A stretch of 64,000 nt of DNA from an uncultured Collinsella sp. (GTDB lineage: Bacteria; Actinomycetota; Coriobacteriia; Coriobacteriales; Coriobacteriaceae). Below, in pieces: positions 46,363-55,379 of the stretch. The DNA lies in NCBI GenBank assembly GCA_900541245.1, contig UQIS01000001.1, positions 25,495 to 89,494 of the forward strand, read 5' to 3'. The first letter of the stretch is position 1; each line of letters starts with the position of its first letter. The position numbers and the translations under genes were made by a program. The notes beneath the pieces were generated by a model. It did no database searches and was not told the DNA's origin. It was given only the letters and a program-made list of their open reading frames with translations.

Positions 46363-47805
46363 CTAGTCCACCGAGATGTTGAGCGCCTTACCGCCCTCGT
46401 CCTTCCTGGTACCGATCACCATAGCGGCGACAAGAGCCAGAACGAAAGCGACCACACCGGAGATGACAAGGCCGATAAAGCCCGTGTCGATGCCAGCAGG
46501 GTTAATAAAGCTCGGGAAACCGAGCGGGCCGGAGGCACCGAAGGCATAGAGTTTGGCACCCATGAGACCGGCGATGGCGCCGCCTACACCAGCGGAAATA
46601 AAGGTTGCCCACATAAGGCGCTTACGCGGCAGCAAGATGGCGTAAAGCGCAGGCTCGTTGACACCGAAAATCGAAGAGACAAGGGCGGGAATGTTGACGG
46701 CAGCATTTTCCTCGGAATCCTTGGTTCGGATGACCATGCCAAGCACAGCACCGGCGATGGCACAACCGCCTGCATACACGAGCGGATTAATGAGGTCATA
46801 GCCGTAGGTTGCGACATCGAGAAACCACAGCGGGATGATACCCCAGTGCAGGCCGAACATGACGAGCAGGCTCCAGAACGTGCCGATGACAAAGCCGGCG
46901 AGGGCGGGCTGGACGTTGATGAGCATCAGAATGATCTGGGCAACGATGTTGGAGAGGACCGTCATGACCGGACCGACCACAAGCAGGCCAAGGATGCCGC
47001 AAATGAGGAGCGTCAGGATGTTGGAGAAGAACGAGCTCACAAGCGCGGGCAGCGCGTTAGAAAGGGCCTTGTGCACCTTGGAGGCAATCCAGACGATAAA
47101 GATCGCAGGCAGAATCGTCGATGAGTAATTCTGCATGATCAGCGGGATGCCAAAAATATCACCATAGACATTGGACTCGAAGACCGTGCCGGCGCCGAGC
47201 GTGTAGAGCGGATCTCCGCCCATAAGGGCAACGAGCGTCGGGTAGACGAGGATACCACCGAGCGCCATTCCCATAACGGGCTTAAGTCCGAACTTCTTGG
47301 CCGACGTCCAGCCAATGATTAGCGGAAAGTAATAGAAGACCGAATCTCCGATTGCCGAGAGCGTCACATACGTATTGCTGTCCTTGGCTAGCCAACCGGC
47401 AACCGTGCAGAGCGCGAGCATCGACTTGATAAAGCCACCGGCCATAAGCACGCCAAGAACCGGTTGCAGGATCTCGGAGATGATGGCAAGCAGACGCGAG
47501 AATGGATCGCCCTTTTTGACGTCGTCGCCCTCATCGATATCGAGTGCGGGTTCGGAGTCGAACCCGCCAATCTGAACAAGGTCGTTGTAGACGGCCTCGA
47601 CAGTGGCACCAATCACGACCTGATACTGTCCGCCGGCCTGGATGACGTCAACGACGCCCTTCGTCGCCTTAAGCTCATTGGTCTGGGCGAGCGATTCATC
47701 CTTGAGGTGGAAGCGGAGACGCGTAATGCAGTGGCTCACGTCTAACACATTGTCTCGACCACCGACCTTTGTGATGATTTCATCGCAAAGCTTCTGGTAT
47801 TTCAT
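46363..47805 (-). CDS. PTS sugar transporter EIIBC component (glucose-glucoside family)
   Basis: An internal ATG with AAAGGAG RBS gives MKYQKLCDEIITKVGGRDNVLDVSHCITRLRF (EIIB Cys site), followed by a polytopic EIIC domain. Confidence 0.8.
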   Translation of the reverse strand: MKYQKLCDEIITKVGGRDNVLDVSHCITRLRFHLKDESLAQTNELKATKGVVDVIQAGGQYQVVIGATVEAVYNDLVQIGGFDSEPALDIDEGDDVKKGDPFSRLLAIISEILQPVLGVLMAGGFIKSMLALCTVAGWLAKDSNTYVTLSAIGDSVFYYFPLIIGWTSAKKFGLKPVMGMALGGILVYPTLVALMGGDPLYTLGAGTVFESNVYGDIFGIPLIMQNYSSTILPAIFIVWIASKVHKALSNALPALVSSFFSNILTLLICGILGLLVVGPVMTVLSNIVAQIILMLINVQPALAGFVIGTFWSLLVMFGLHWGIIPLWFLDVATYGYDLINPLVYAGGCAIAGAVLGMVIRTKDSEENAAVNIPALVSSIFGVNEPALYAILLPRKRLMWATFISAGVGGAIAGLMGAKLYAFGASGPLGFPSFINPAGIDTGFIGLVISGVVAFVLALVAAMVIGTRKDEGGKALNISVD

Positions 47806-47998
47806 GGAATTCTCCTTTTTCTGAGCGGGGCATAGCGTAGATTTCATGCCTCCGTAGTCGACGTGGGAGGACAAGGAACCCGCTTCCCCCTTTGAAATCC
47901 GCGGACGCACGTACGCCCGGGATGGGAAACGGCAGAGAAGATGGAAGATGCCGATCACATGGCAGTGAGCCTCATTGGCCCATGCCACGCAATCAGGT

Positions 47999-49117
47999 CT
48001 ACAGACGCGAAGCTGCTGCGCCGAGAAGTCTCGTCGTCTGGCAGAACTTGTCACACAGACGTTCCGGTTCACCCTGGGGAATCTGAGTACGCTCGGTCTC
48101 AAAGGAGAGGCCGTACTCGCGCGCCGGAAGGAAATACTCAAAATAGCCGTTGGTGTAACCGCAGACTATTCCCTCGACCGGGCATTCGCGCTTCATGCGA
48201 ATGCCCAGGTCGCTGCCAAGCTCACTCGGGAACACAAAGAGATGCAGGCCGCCCAGACTGATGACGGCACACTTAAGCGTGAGCGAAAAGTCGTCATGGG
48301 CAACGGTGTGATAGAACGTCTGAGGCTCGATGCGGTCAAGAACGACCTCGCGATCGAGCTTGATCCGGGAAATCGCCTCGGCAAGACCGGTCGAAACACG
48401 CTCAACCTCGGGAATGCCGCGTCCCTGGCGAAAATTGCGGTCGCTACAGTCGCCAGCAGCACCGACGACCATGGCCGGATAGTAACCAAGACTCTGAGCG
48501 AGCTTTTTGCCGGTAAGACCGGCGAGTTCGCTCGTGAGCTCCGTGCAGTCGGGTCCGACACAGGCAGAATGCACCGCCCAGTTCACAAAGCCCGCAAATG
48601 GCTTGCCTTCGGTATCGAAGAACGATACGACAATGACCTCATTGTCGGCGAGTTCACCTGGGATGATGCGGTTGTCGTAGAAACCGGTGATGACTTTTTT
48701 GCCCATGCGGCAGGTCGCAGGTCGCGCGTTGGCGCGGCACTCTTCGAAGCATTGACAGATGGTATCGAGGAACCAGCGATAGTAGTCCTCGTTGAATTTT
48801 CCCGTCCACCAGCCGCGATGGTAGGCGACGATCGAAGTGTGGTCGTGCGTCGCGGAGAGCAGAACGCAGTCACGGTCGATTCCGTAGCGCTCGGCGAGCA
48901 TCGTCTTAACCTCCTCGGCCATGCCCTCCTCAAACTCGAGAACATCGGCGTTGAAGAGAAAAACTTCGCGGTCGTCCTGTTGGAAAAGAATCGCGTTGGC
49001 GAAGACGTCGTCATGGACGCCTGTCGCAGGCTCCAGACGGTTGGGGAGGTTACGGTATCCGATTAGATAGATGTCGCCTTGCGGGGTAATCTTGCGGCGT
49101 GCATGTCCGATATTCAT
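47999..49117 (-). CDS. neutral/alkaline ceramidase N-terminal-domain-like hydrolase (paralog 1)
   Basis: Start at ATG 49117 with AAAGGAG RBS. N-terminus MNIGHARRKITPQGDIYLIGY resembles the ceramidase_alk N-domain signature. Function uncertain. Confidence 0.45.
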   Translation of the reverse strand: MNIGHARRKITPQGDIYLIGYRNLPNRLEPATGVHDDVFANAILFQQDDREVFLFNADVLEFEEGMAEEVKTMLAERYGIDRDCVLLSATHDHTSIVAYHRGWWTGKFNEDYYRWFLDTICQCFEECRANARPATCRMGKKVITGFYDNRIIPGELADNEVIVVSFFDTEGKPFAGFVNWAVHSACVGPDCTELTSELAGLTGKKLAQSLGYYPAMVVGAAGDCSDRNFRQGRGIPEVERVSTGLAEAISRIKLDREVVLDRIEPQTFYHTVAHDDFSLTLKCAVISLGGLHLFVFPSELGSDLGIRMKRECPVEGIVCGYTNGYFEYFLPAREYGLSFETERTQIPQGEPERLCDKFCQTTRLLGAAASRL

Positions 49118-49134
49118 GCAAGTTCTCCTTTTTG

Positions 49135-50382
49135 TCATGCCGCGTTTAAAGCGGCAAGGATGGTTTGAAGGAGGCGCTCATGGGAACCGGCGGCGAAGCC
49201 GGAGTTCATGGCCTCATAGGTGATTTTCTCGTACGCATCGGGGGCCGGCAGATACTTTTGCCCTCCGTTGACAAGCGTGGCAAAGAGCACGGGGCAGAAT
49301 CGGGCGGCGCGCACGGCGGCGCCAAACGAGCTCGAAACCTCGGGCTGGATACCAACGAACTCGACATTTCCCAGCCGAAGTAAATAGACCCTCGTACGCT
49401 GTTCGCCTGCCGCATGAAACTCATAAGTTCGATGCGGGGCCAATGAGCAGAAGTCGGCGCGCGTCTGGGCGGGCAAAAGGACGTCGACCGTGCGAGCATC
49501 GACGCCGATGGCATCGTCCTCACGCGCCGCACGGACGGCCTCAATCAACGCATCGCTCATAGCGCGACCCTGTCGATGCAGCATGCGATATCCACTCTCG
49601 TGAGCATCTAACGTTTGCTTCGCCCCGGTCGAATCGAACGCAACGGTTACGGCGCGCTCCGCCGGACTCTGATCCCCCGCGGCACCGGGTAGCAGCAACA
49701 CGACTCCGCCCAATTCGCGCTCGAGAGCCATGGCGGCAAAGCCAAAGAGGTCCCCGCTCACCAAGCGCTTCCCCTGAGAATCGTGCGATCCGTCGAGCAC
49801 GGAAGACTGGACATCAGCCGTCGCAAGCATGGCAACGAGCCCGTCCTCGGCATCCCTCGCGACAAGTACGGGCATCGCGTGGTCGGCAAACCCCTTGGGG
49901 TCTACTCCCAGCCACCAGCCGGCCGGTGTCTCAATGTCGCGGTTAACGTTCACAGGACAGTAGCCCTCCGCCGAGGCGAGCGTGACAGAGCGAATGCCCG
50001 CAACCGCCTGCTCAACGGCCGCGCGTGTCGCGGCGATGAGCGCGGCACGATAGCGCTCATTTCGATCGCGGGCATCGGTGTCGGCCAGATGCCCAGGGGT
50101 GCGCACGTGAGGCGCAGAAAACGTGTGGGTCGGGACCACCCAAGAAAAGGCGCCGTCGCAATTGGAGACATCCTTGACAACCTCACGCAGATCGACGAGT
50201 AGGGCCGGAGCGATCGAGGTAACCTCAAGTGAAAGGATGCAAGCGCGCCGCCCCATCCCTTCGACCACGAAGGCACGGGCAAAGATTTCATGACGGAGTG
50301 CGTCGAAACCGTCGAACGGCAATACGTCCTCTAAGTTAATGGCCACCCGGGCGGCTCCGGCCTTCATCTCTCCCTTATCCAT
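49135..50382 (-). CDS. neutral/alkaline ceramidase N-terminal-domain-like hydrolase (paralog 2)
   Basis: 415 aa. N-terminus KAGAARVAINLEDVLPFDGF is similar in organisation to paralog 1. Confidence 0.4.
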   Translation of the reverse strand: MDKGEMKAGAARVAINLEDVLPFDGFDALRHEIFARAFVVEGMGRRACILSLEVTSIAPALLVDLREVVKDVSNCDGAFSWVVPTHTFSAPHVRTPGHLADTDARDRNERYRAALIAATRAAVEQAVAGIRSVTLASAEGYCPVNVNRDIETPAGWWLGVDPKGFADHAMPVLVARDAEDGLVAMLATADVQSSVLDGSHDSQGKRLVSGDLFGFAAMALERELGGVVLLLPGAAGDQSPAERAVTVAFDSTGAKQTLDAHESGYRMLHRQGRAMSDALIEAVRAAREDDAIGVDARTVDVLLPAQTRADFCSLAPHRTYEFHAAGEQRTRVYLLRLGNVEFVGIQPEVSSSFGAAVRAARFCPVLFATLVNGGQKYLPAPDAYEKITYEAMNSGFAAGSHERLLQTILAALNAA

Positions 50383-50408
50383 GGCGAACGCCCTCCTTTA
50401 TCTGTCGC

Positions 50409-51443
50409 TCACTCGATGCCGTACAAGCGCTGTGCCGTGCCGCCAAGCATAAGGTCCTTGTCCGTATCACTTAAATCTGTGGCGCGGACGCAGGCGACAC
50501 CCCCTGTTAGCCACTCGCGTTTAACGGGATAACTCGTACCAAAGACAATATGGTCTGCACCAAGGACTTCAACCGCACAGGCAAGAAGCGTTTCGCCCCA
50601 GGGCTGAGCATGGGACATGTCGAAATAGACGTTGTTCTCAAGACGCTTGGAGACCGTCTCGATATCGGCCTGGAAGCGACCCGAAGCATCAGGGCGCTTG
50701 GGACCATGAGGCAGCAGCATCTCCTTGAACGCAAAGTATGCGCCGCCGAGCATGGAGTGGACCATCTTGATATTGGGGTAGCGCTCAAAGAAATCGCCAA
50801 AGATCTCTCGGCCGATCGCCGTAGTTTGGTCGACGCAGCGGCCATAAGAGCGGCGAAGGTTGTCGTACGCGAGAAGCGATTCGTTCTCGACCGGCACGGG
50901 AACATGGTGCACGTAAACGGTGACATGGCGTTCGTTCAGGTGCTCGAAAAAGCTCGAGAAGACCTGGTCGTCGAGATAGCGCTTGCCGTAGTGAGCGCAG
51001 AGCTGCACACCCGCAAAACCATCGTCGAGCCTGCGATCGAGCTCCTCCAAATTCGCTTTGGTGCCAAAGGGCGGCACAGCGACAAGCGGAATCAGACGGC
51101 CACTTGACGCCTTCGCGTCAGCAGCCATACCGTCGTTGAAACGCCGGCACATCTCGAGCGACATCCACTCGTGACAACCGGGGAGCTTGAGGATCGCCTT
51201 GTCGACCCCCGCCTCATCCATATCGGCCAAGCGCTTCTCGAGGGTGTAGTCGCCCTCAATGTAGTTAAGACCCGGAGAACCGGCGGGCATCTCGATCACG
51301 ATCTGTCGTTTGCCGGCGGAATTCATGGTTAGATAGCCTTCGGTGTCATAGGCGCGGGGTACCTCGGCCAAAAACTGTTCGCAGAGCGTCTCGTCATGAA
51401 AGATGTGCTCGTCGAACCAGTAGGAATTTGCATCGATAATCAT
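50409..51443 (-). CDS. amidohydrolase-2 (TIM-barrel metal-dependent hydrolase/decarboxylase) family protein
   Basis: 344 aa with metal-ligand-like motifs: His-rich HxH-like N-terminus, VYVHHVP, and a C-terminal D. Confidence 0.6.
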   Translation of the reverse strand: MIIDANSYWFDEHIFHDETLCEQFLAEVPRAYDTEGYLTMNSAGKRQIVIEMPAGSPGLNYIEGDYTLEKRLADMDEAGVDKAILKLPGCHEWMSLEMCRRFNDGMAADAKASSGRLIPLVAVPPFGTKANLEELDRRLDDGFAGVQLCAHYGKRYLDDQVFSSFFEHLNERHVTVYVHHVPVPVENESLLAYDNLRRSYGRCVDQTTAIGREIFGDFFERYPNIKMVHSMLGGAYFAFKEMLLPHGPKRPDASGRFQADIETVSKRLENNVYFDMSHAQPWGETLLACAVEVLGADHIVFGTSYPVKREWLTGGVACVRATDLSDTDKDLMLGGTAQRLYGIE

Positions 51444-51669
51444 TGGTTGGAACCGCCTTTCATCTTGTTGAAAACATTCTAGAAAAGCAGGTACCCGGAC
51501 ATCAATTCCAGCTTAAGCCCACTGTATTCCATTTTGGAATAGAACTTACCGCTCACACGCGAACCTCGCCCGCTCAACGAGACAAGCGCTAACAGCACGG
51601 GCTTAGACAGAAAACGGTCGGCCCGCATCCGTTGCGGGCCGACCGTTTCATTACAGTCTACCTTTGCCG

Positions 51670-53190
51670 TTACGCCTGGCGGTAGTGATCGAAGAAATCG
51701 GCGAGGTCTTCGAGGGACTCTTTGAGCACTTCCATGCGCGGCAGGTACACGATGCGGAAGTGATCGGGCTCGGCCCAGTTAAAGCCGCCGCCGCGCGTGA
51801 TCAGAATCTTCTTCTCATGCAGCAGGTCGAGGGCAAACTGCTCGTCATCGGTGATGTTGAACTTCTTCACATCCATCTTGGGGAAGATGTAGAACGCTGC
51901 ACGCGGCTTAACCACCGAGATGCCGTCAATCTTGTTGAGCGCCTCATACACAAAGTTGCGCTGCTCGTAGACACGGCCGCCGGGACGGATGTAGTCGTTA
52001 ACGGACTGATGGCCACCGAGTGCCGTCTGAACGATCGACTGAGCCGGCACGTTGGAACACAGACGCATGTTAGAGAGCATGTTGATGCCCATGATGAAGT
52101 CGCTCATGCAGCGCTGGTTGCCCGAAAGCACCATCCAGCCAATGCGATAGCCCGCGATCATGTGCGACTTGGAAAGGCCGCTAAAGGTGACACAGGGCAG
52201 ATCGGGGGCGAGCGAGGCAATCGAGACGTGCTCGTAGCCGTCCATGCACAGGCGGTCGTAGATCTCATCGGCAAAGATCATCAGCTGATGCCTGCGTGCA
52301 ATCTCGACGATGCCCTCGAGCACCTCGCGCGGATAGACAGAACCCGTGGGGTTGTTGGGGTTGATGATGACGAGGGCTTTGGTCGCGCTCGTAATCTTGG
52401 ACTCCATATCCTCAAGGTCGGGATACCAATCCGCCTGCTCATCGCACAGATAATGTACGGGATGACCGCCGGCAAGGGTTGCACACGCCGTCCAGAGCGG
52501 ATAGTCGGGGCTGGGGATCAGAATCTCATCGCCGTTGTCGAGCAGCGCGTTCATCGAAAGCTGAATGAGCTCGGACACGCCGTTGCCCGTGTAGATATGC
52601 TCCATCTGAACGTTGGGCAGGCCCTTGATCTGCGAATACTGCATGATTGCCTTGCGCGCGGAGAACAGGCCACGCGAGTTGGAATAGCCTTCGCAGTCGG
52701 GCAGCTGCTGGCGCATGTCCTTGATGACCTCATCGGGTGTGCGGAAACCGAAGGGCGCCGGGTTGCCGATATTGAGCTTGAGGATGCGCTCGCCCTCGTC
52801 CTCCATACGGGCGGCCTCGTCGACGACGGGACCGCGCACGTCATACAGGACGTTGTCGAGTTTGGTGGATTTAGAAAAAGTACGCATGGTGGTGCTCCTT
52901 GCAATTTGAGCTGAGGGATGGGGTTCGGGCTTGGAATCGTTGAGAGGCGATGATGTCTCGCCTTGATCGGCGTCACCGGCAAGCAGCCAGGTAACATCGA
53001 CCTCCAAAATGCGGGCGAGCAGCTCTGCCACATCGCGCCGCGGGATCGTCTTGCCGCTCACATATTGGCTCATCTGACTCTTGCCGAGTTTTTTGCCGAG
53101 CATCTCCGATGCACGAATCACGTCCGACTGTCGAACATCGCGATCGGACATAGCCTGTCGCAGGCGATCGCTGAACGTCTCTTGGGCCAC
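51670..53190 (-). CDS. alaA: XRE-HTH domain fused in frame to AlaA-like class I aminotransferase
   Basis: The aminotransferase part (from an internal ATG at 52887 with AAGGAG RBS) closely resembles E. coli AlaA (KLDNVLYDVRGPV...LKLNIGNPAPFGF). Upstream in the same frame with no stop is an HTH_XRE domain (FSDRLRQAM...VRQSDV...SQMSQYVSGKTIPRRDV...LARILEVDVTWLLAGD) starting at GTG 53190 with AAGGAGG RBS. Confidence 0.7.
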   Translation of the reverse strand: MAQETFSDRLRQAMSDRDVRQSDVIRASEMLGKKLGKSQMSQYVSGKTIPRRDVAELLARILEVDVTWLLAGDADQGETSSPLNDSKPEPHPSAQIARSTTMRTFSKSTKLDNVLYDVRGPVVDEAARMEDEGERILKLNIGNPAPFGFRTPDEVIKDMRQQLPDCEGYSNSRGLFSARKAIMQYSQIKGLPNVQMEHIYTGNGVSELIQLSMNALLDNGDEILIPSPDYPLWTACATLAGGHPVHYLCDEQADWYPDLEDMESKITSATKALVIINPNNPTGSVYPREVLEGIVEIARRHQLMIFADEIYDRLCMDGYEHVSIASLAPDLPCVTFSGLSKSHMIAGYRIGWMVLSGNQRCMSDFIMGINMLSNMRLCSNVPAQSIVQTALGGHQSVNDYIRPGGRVYEQRNFVYEALNKIDGISVVKPRAAFYIFPKMDVKKFNITDDEQFALDLLHEKKILITRGGGFNWAEPDHFRIVYLPRMEVLKESLEDLADFFDHYRQA

Positions 53191-53209
53191 TAGAACCTCC
53201 TTGCTGGCA

Positions 53210-53294
53210 AAGTTCAATTTATAGAACACGAATTGAACCAAAGTTCAATTTAGGCAGCAGTATAGCGCGGCACATTATCCGAAAGTTCAATTCC
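53210..53294. promoter_or_regulatory. operator-like repeats upstream of the HTH-aminotransferase gene
   Basis: Three direct copies of AAAGTTCAATT(T/C) at about 53210, 53241 and 53283, plus a palindrome GTTCAATT...AATTGAAC at 53213-53239. Confidence 0.4.
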
Positions 53295-53352
53295 ACAAGA
53301 AAATGTACCGAGCCTCGAGAATTGTCCCAAAGTAGACAACAGGTACGCGCTT

Positions 53353-54210
53353 TTAGAGATATTCAAGGAAACGAGCCGCCGCAAGCGAAACGTCAGCGGT
53401 GCGGTATATGGCGTTGATCTGCCGATGAGGATGTCCCTCGAGCGGGCGCACGGCAACATCGAACTGGCAGCGGCGCAAGATGAGCGCCGGAAGAATGCTC
53501 ACGCCCAGACCGTCCTCGACCATGGCCATAATCGCATAATCATCCCAGGTCGACAGCTTAGAGCGTACCGCCAGGCCCGCGCGGCGAAACAGCGGCGTAA
53601 TCTCGTCGTCGCTATCGCGTTCCAGCAGAATAAACTGCTCGTTGGCCAAATCGGCAAGGGAAACGACCTCCGCGGTAGCAAGCGAGGAGTCCGCTGGCAC
53701 CACGGCCATCAACTCATCTTGCACCAACGGCCGCGACGCCATGCCGGCGCCGCGTGGTTCGCGCGGAATAAAGCCCAGGTCGCAGCGACCTTCCGCCACC
53801 CATTGCTCAATCTCGGAGTAATCACCCATCAGCAGCTCGTAATCGACGTCCGGGTGATCGGCGCGAAAGTGCGCAATCACCGGCGGCAGCACGTGGGTCG
53901 CAACGCTCGAAAACGTACCGATGCAGATTTTGCCGCGCATGAGCCCACGCATCTCATCCACCCGTCGCTGCAAGCGAGTGAATTCCTCACAGAGCGCCTC
54001 GACAGCCGGCATGACCTGCCGCCCGTCGGCAGAAAGCACTACGCCCTCGCGACTGCGGTCGAGCACCTTAAAGCCCCAATCGGCCTCAAGATCGGCCACC
54101 ATACGGCTCACGCCCGACTGCGAATAGCTCAGCCGCTCGGCAGCACGCGTAAAGCTTCCGGCGCGCACCGTCTCCAGCAGCACCTGCATCTTTTGAATAT
54201 TCGTTTCCAC
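53353..54210 (-). CDS. LysR-family transcriptional regulator
   Basis: GTG start with GGAGG RBS. HTH (MQVLLETVRAGSFTRAAERLSYSQSGVSRMVADLE) and LysR substrate-binding domain. Confidence 0.75.
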   Translation of the reverse strand: METNIQKMQVLLETVRAGSFTRAAERLSYSQSGVSRMVADLEADWGFKVLDRSREGVVLSADGRQVMPAVEALCEEFTRLQRRVDEMRGLMRGKICIGTFSSVATHVLPPVIAHFRADHPDVDYELLMGDYSEIEQWVAEGRCDLGFIPREPRGAGMASRPLVQDELMAVVPADSSLATAEVVSLADLANEQFILLERDSDDEITPLFRRAGLAVRSKLSTWDDYAIMAMVEDGLGVSILPALILRRCQFDVAVRPLEGHPHRQINAIYRTADVSLAAARFLEYL

Positions 54211-54328
54211 GAGGCGCCTCCACCTATGCATGAGTTTTTGTCATGTTAACTATGCATTATATTCGCTTTTCTTCTATAGCCAGTTCACCCATAGTGAACA
54301 TGCTCGGATATAGAGGGGATTTCAGCGC

Positions 54329-55240
54329 ATGAACAACGGACTGTTTGCGTACTTAGCAGCATTGCTATTGTTTGGCTCCAACGGCATCATCGCCGCTGCC
54401 ATTGCGCTGCCGAGCTCCGATATCGTGCTACTGCGCACGTTTTTGGGCGCACTCTCGCTTGTCACCATTCTCGCCGTCACCCAACGCCATAAGCTGCAGG
54501 CGCCATCTCGCCTCCGCGAAGCCGCAGCCCTCCTCCTCTCGGGAGCCGCGCTGGGCGCCAGCTGGATTTTTCTGTTCCGCGCCTACCAGACGATTGGCGT
54601 CGGCGTATCCTCGCTGCTGTACTACTGCGGCCCCATCATCGTCATGGCGCTCTCCCCGCTCATCTTTGGCGAAAAGCTGACCGGCAGCAAAATCGCCGGC
54701 TTTATCGCCGTCGCCTGCGGTGCTTTTCTCATTGCGGCACAAGGTCTAGGCGGCAATATGCCCATTGCGGGTATCGCTTGCGGCATCGCCTCGGCCTTCT
54801 GCTATGCATTGATGGTCATCGCCAGCAAGGGTGCGCCGCACATCGAGGGCCTCGAGAACTCCGCGCTCCAGGTGAGCGCCGCCTTTTTGACCGCGCTGGT
54901 CCTTACGCTCCTCACGCAGGGCGCCCCCTCATTCCTGTCCGCCGGCGTCGCCGCCAGCATTGATTGGCGTGCCGTCGCCATGCTCGGCATTGTCAACACC
55001 GGTATCGGTTGCCTACTCTACTTTAGTGCTGTCGCCAAGCTGCCCGTCCAGACCGTCGCGGTCGTCGGCTACCTTGAGCCGCTTTCGGCCGTCGTGTTCT
55101 CCGTCGCCCTTTTGGGCGAGACCGTGACGCCCATCCGCCTCATGGGCGCCGCGCTGATCATCGGCGGCGCGATCTTTTGCGAAGTCGCCGGCAAACGCGC
55201 AAACACCAAGGCTGGCATCGCCCAGACAGCACGTGCTTAA
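54329..55240 (+). CDS. EamA/DMT-family transporter
   Basis: 303 aa, 10 predicted TM segments in two repeats. Divergent from the LysR gene. Confidence 0.7.
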   Translation: MNNGLFAYLAALLLFGSNGIIAAAIALPSSDIVLLRTFLGALSLVTILAVTQRHKLQAPSRLREAAALLLSGAALGASWIFLFRAYQTIGVGVSSLLYYCGPIIVMALSPLIFGEKLTGSKIAGFIAVACGAFLIAAQGLGGNMPIAGIACGIASAFCYALMVIASKGAPHIEGLENSALQVSAAFLTALVLTLLTQGAPSFLSAGVAASIDWRAVAMLGIVNTGIGCLLYFSAVAKLPVQTVAVVGYLEPLSAVVFSVALLGETVTPIRLMGAALIIGGAIFCEVAGKRANTKAGIAQTARA

Positions 55241-55379
55241 TAGCCCCTGCTCTGAAATACTACCTGCGTATATGAATAATCCCCAGATGAGGATTATTGT
55301 CTAAAACACCCCGATGTGCCAAACTGCTCTTATATGTATAAAGATGGCATAAAGGTCTACTGCTCTTTGCAGAGGCCAG

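Noticed and set aside
55241-55379. Possible c-di-AMP (ydaO/kimA-type) riboswitch upstream of kup
   Set aside because: The leader is only about 140 nt and lacks the long pseudo-symmetric ACGGGG/CCCG-rich elements. Only a short hairpin (AATAATCC...GGATTATT) is present.
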